Shown: in pieces, positions 55,721-57,438 of the stretch | How the letters are laid out: each line of letters starts with the position of its first letter | Numbering within the stretch: position 1 is the first letter of the stretch | Origin: Catajapyx aquilonaris | Taxonomy: Eukaryota | Assembly (NCBI GenBank): GCA_000934665.2 | Contig: KZ538629.1 | Span: 1 to 57,438, forward strand | DNA: 57,438 nt | Direction of reading: 5' to 3' | The notes under the pieces: model-generated | Database searches by the model: none | What the model was told of the DNA's origin: nothing | What the model saw: the letters and a program-made list of their open reading frames with translations, nothing else | Made by a program: the position numbers and the translations under genes

Positions 55721-56534
55721 CGTTTTTTCCAAGGGTTTCTCTCGTTTTTTTTTTACAAAGACCAAGATTTTTAACAGAAAATCTGCATAAATTATGTTTA
55801 AAATATTTAACACATAAAATGGTGAGATCAAAGCTCTCACAATCCTAAAATATTTCCATTTTTTGTGATGTAGGCTATTCCAACTTGTCAGTACAAAAAT
55901 GGAAAAACTAATCTAGCATACAGTTCTGGACATCAGTATGCCTATCACTACTGCTTGTGTCACCTTCTTTTGTTAGAATCAGATTACACAACAGTAAAAG
56001 TGCAACAAAGCAGGTTTTTTTCTGAGTTTTAAAATTGCTTCTCATCGTGACCCATTTCTTTTTCCCATGTAATGTATAGGCTAATGTCGAATATAGAGTT
56101 TGACTACAACTTGTATTATAATTATTATATATCCCATGCACACATTTTCCTGGTATTTATACCTTGAATACATTACGCTCTTTGTATATATTTCAGCCAA
56201 TTCCCAAAGAGTCTGTTGGGTCATTTGCCAGTTGTAATTATCTTGCATTTTCATCTTGCATAAAATATCTTGCATTTTCATTCAAATAACTGGCAGATGT
56301 CAATAAACTGGATATGGATATAATGTTTTGGATGATTTTGGATGTGTAAAGGACATGGCACAAAATGTATGGGCCAGTGGCCTTCCGTTCAATTTGCCTG
56401 AAAAATGGGATATGTTGTAGCCCAGACTGTCCTGATCAGCCCACGGACACTACCCCTATCTTCTGGGCTTATCACCTGCCGGGGGGTTTTGCAGCGGGTG
56501 CTCACCTGAGACCGCCACGAGACATTTCCCAGAG

Positions 56535-56706
56535 CATTTATGTGGCGACCCTATCGGACTAAGGCTGAACTTTACAGGTACGAAAGGGGAGGGCTACATT
56601 GGGGGGCCCAACATGGCCGCCGGCGGCCATGTTGGGCCAGCATGTAGCGCTTCCCTTTCGTACCTGTAAAGTTCAGCCTTAGTCCGATAGGGTCGCCACA
56701 TAAATG
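56535..56706. repeat. 172-bp near-perfect palindrome
   Basis: 54-bp perfect outer arms (56535-56588 / 56653-56706), imperfect middle, perfect loop-less core GGCCCAACATGGCCGCC/GGCGGCCATGTTGGGCC. Confidence 0.92.
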
Positions 56707-57438
56707 AAGACCACAACGTGAAAAAGGCCGCACGTGTTAGGTTACGATGCATTGATAACAAGGACCGGTGGCTCCCAGAGATCTAAAAAGGGCAGCCGGA
56801 GAACTCTGAAGAGCTAGGGCGGCCCCGGGGCAGACGTCTGCGATTTTATCGCATCACTCAACATGGCGGCCAGCTTATCGCATTGCTTTTCACCCAACAT
56901 TTCCTCAATACTCTGAGGGGAATTTTAAAACTACTTTTACTAATGTTTACCAGTAGGCCCATGCCAGAAGGCTTGGAGAATCTAATATGATGCATATTAT
57001 TGTGTCATAATGTGAAGGTGGGATTAAAGGTCAAGAAGACGCAATCCAGCCAGGAGTGAAGAAATACTCTAGGAATGCAAAACTTGCCACCGACACGCAG
57101 ATATGAGGGGGAATTTCAAAACGATGGAAGGGGACTGACCATGTGACGTCTGAGGATGGAACAACAGGCCCATTAAAGAAGACAATCAACCTCCGAAAGA
57201 CAGAAAAAGATGATACAAGACTATCAAGGACCATTGTGCAGCGAGGGGCGGATTAACAATAGAATCTAAACTACCGCTTAACTTTGGAAATTATGGAATT
57301 TTTGGACGCAATGACCAAGGCTGACCGCTGATAACTGGCCGGCCTAGGTGGATATAAAAGGGGAAGCCGACAAAGCCCCAAAAAAAGAAGGAGGAGAAGA
57401 GAACTACATTTTGGACAGCCAAAAGTATCCGGACGCAT

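Noticed and set aside
57000..57438. Possible retrotransposon LTR (TG start, TATAAAAG near 57353, purine-rich stretch)
   Set aside because: Truncated by the window end; no second LTR, primer-binding site or coding region to support it.

Overview
Eukaryotic, intron-containing DNA, most likely from an arthropod with a compact genome (typical introns about 55-75 nt; the taxon cannot be fixed from sequence alone). Gene models were spliced by eye, so exon boundaries are approximate. In order: two tRNA-derived repeats; a DEG/ENaC (pickpocket-type) channel gene; then a roughly 49 kb plus-strand tandem array of 13 secreted S1 serine protease genes. Five carry a CLIP domain (two catalytically intact, three non-catalytic homologues) and eight are CLIP-less with intact triads but very diverse activation sites. 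Embedded in the array are a head-to-head pair of atypical group III (bee-venom-type) secreted phospholipase A2 genes, one with the Ca-binding Asp replaced (HD to HH), plus a 5'-truncated C-type lectin and an SLC22 transporter sitting between duplicated two-gene protease units. There are several protease relics, a SINE with target-site duplication, MITE/foldback elements, a probable P-element excision footprint, microsatellites, a 138-N gap and a long palindrome near the end. The best candidate for an undescribed system is the protease plus PLA2/pseudo-PLA2 cluster, which looks like an immune-cascade-derived secretory (venom, saliva or immune effector) locus; that function is inference.
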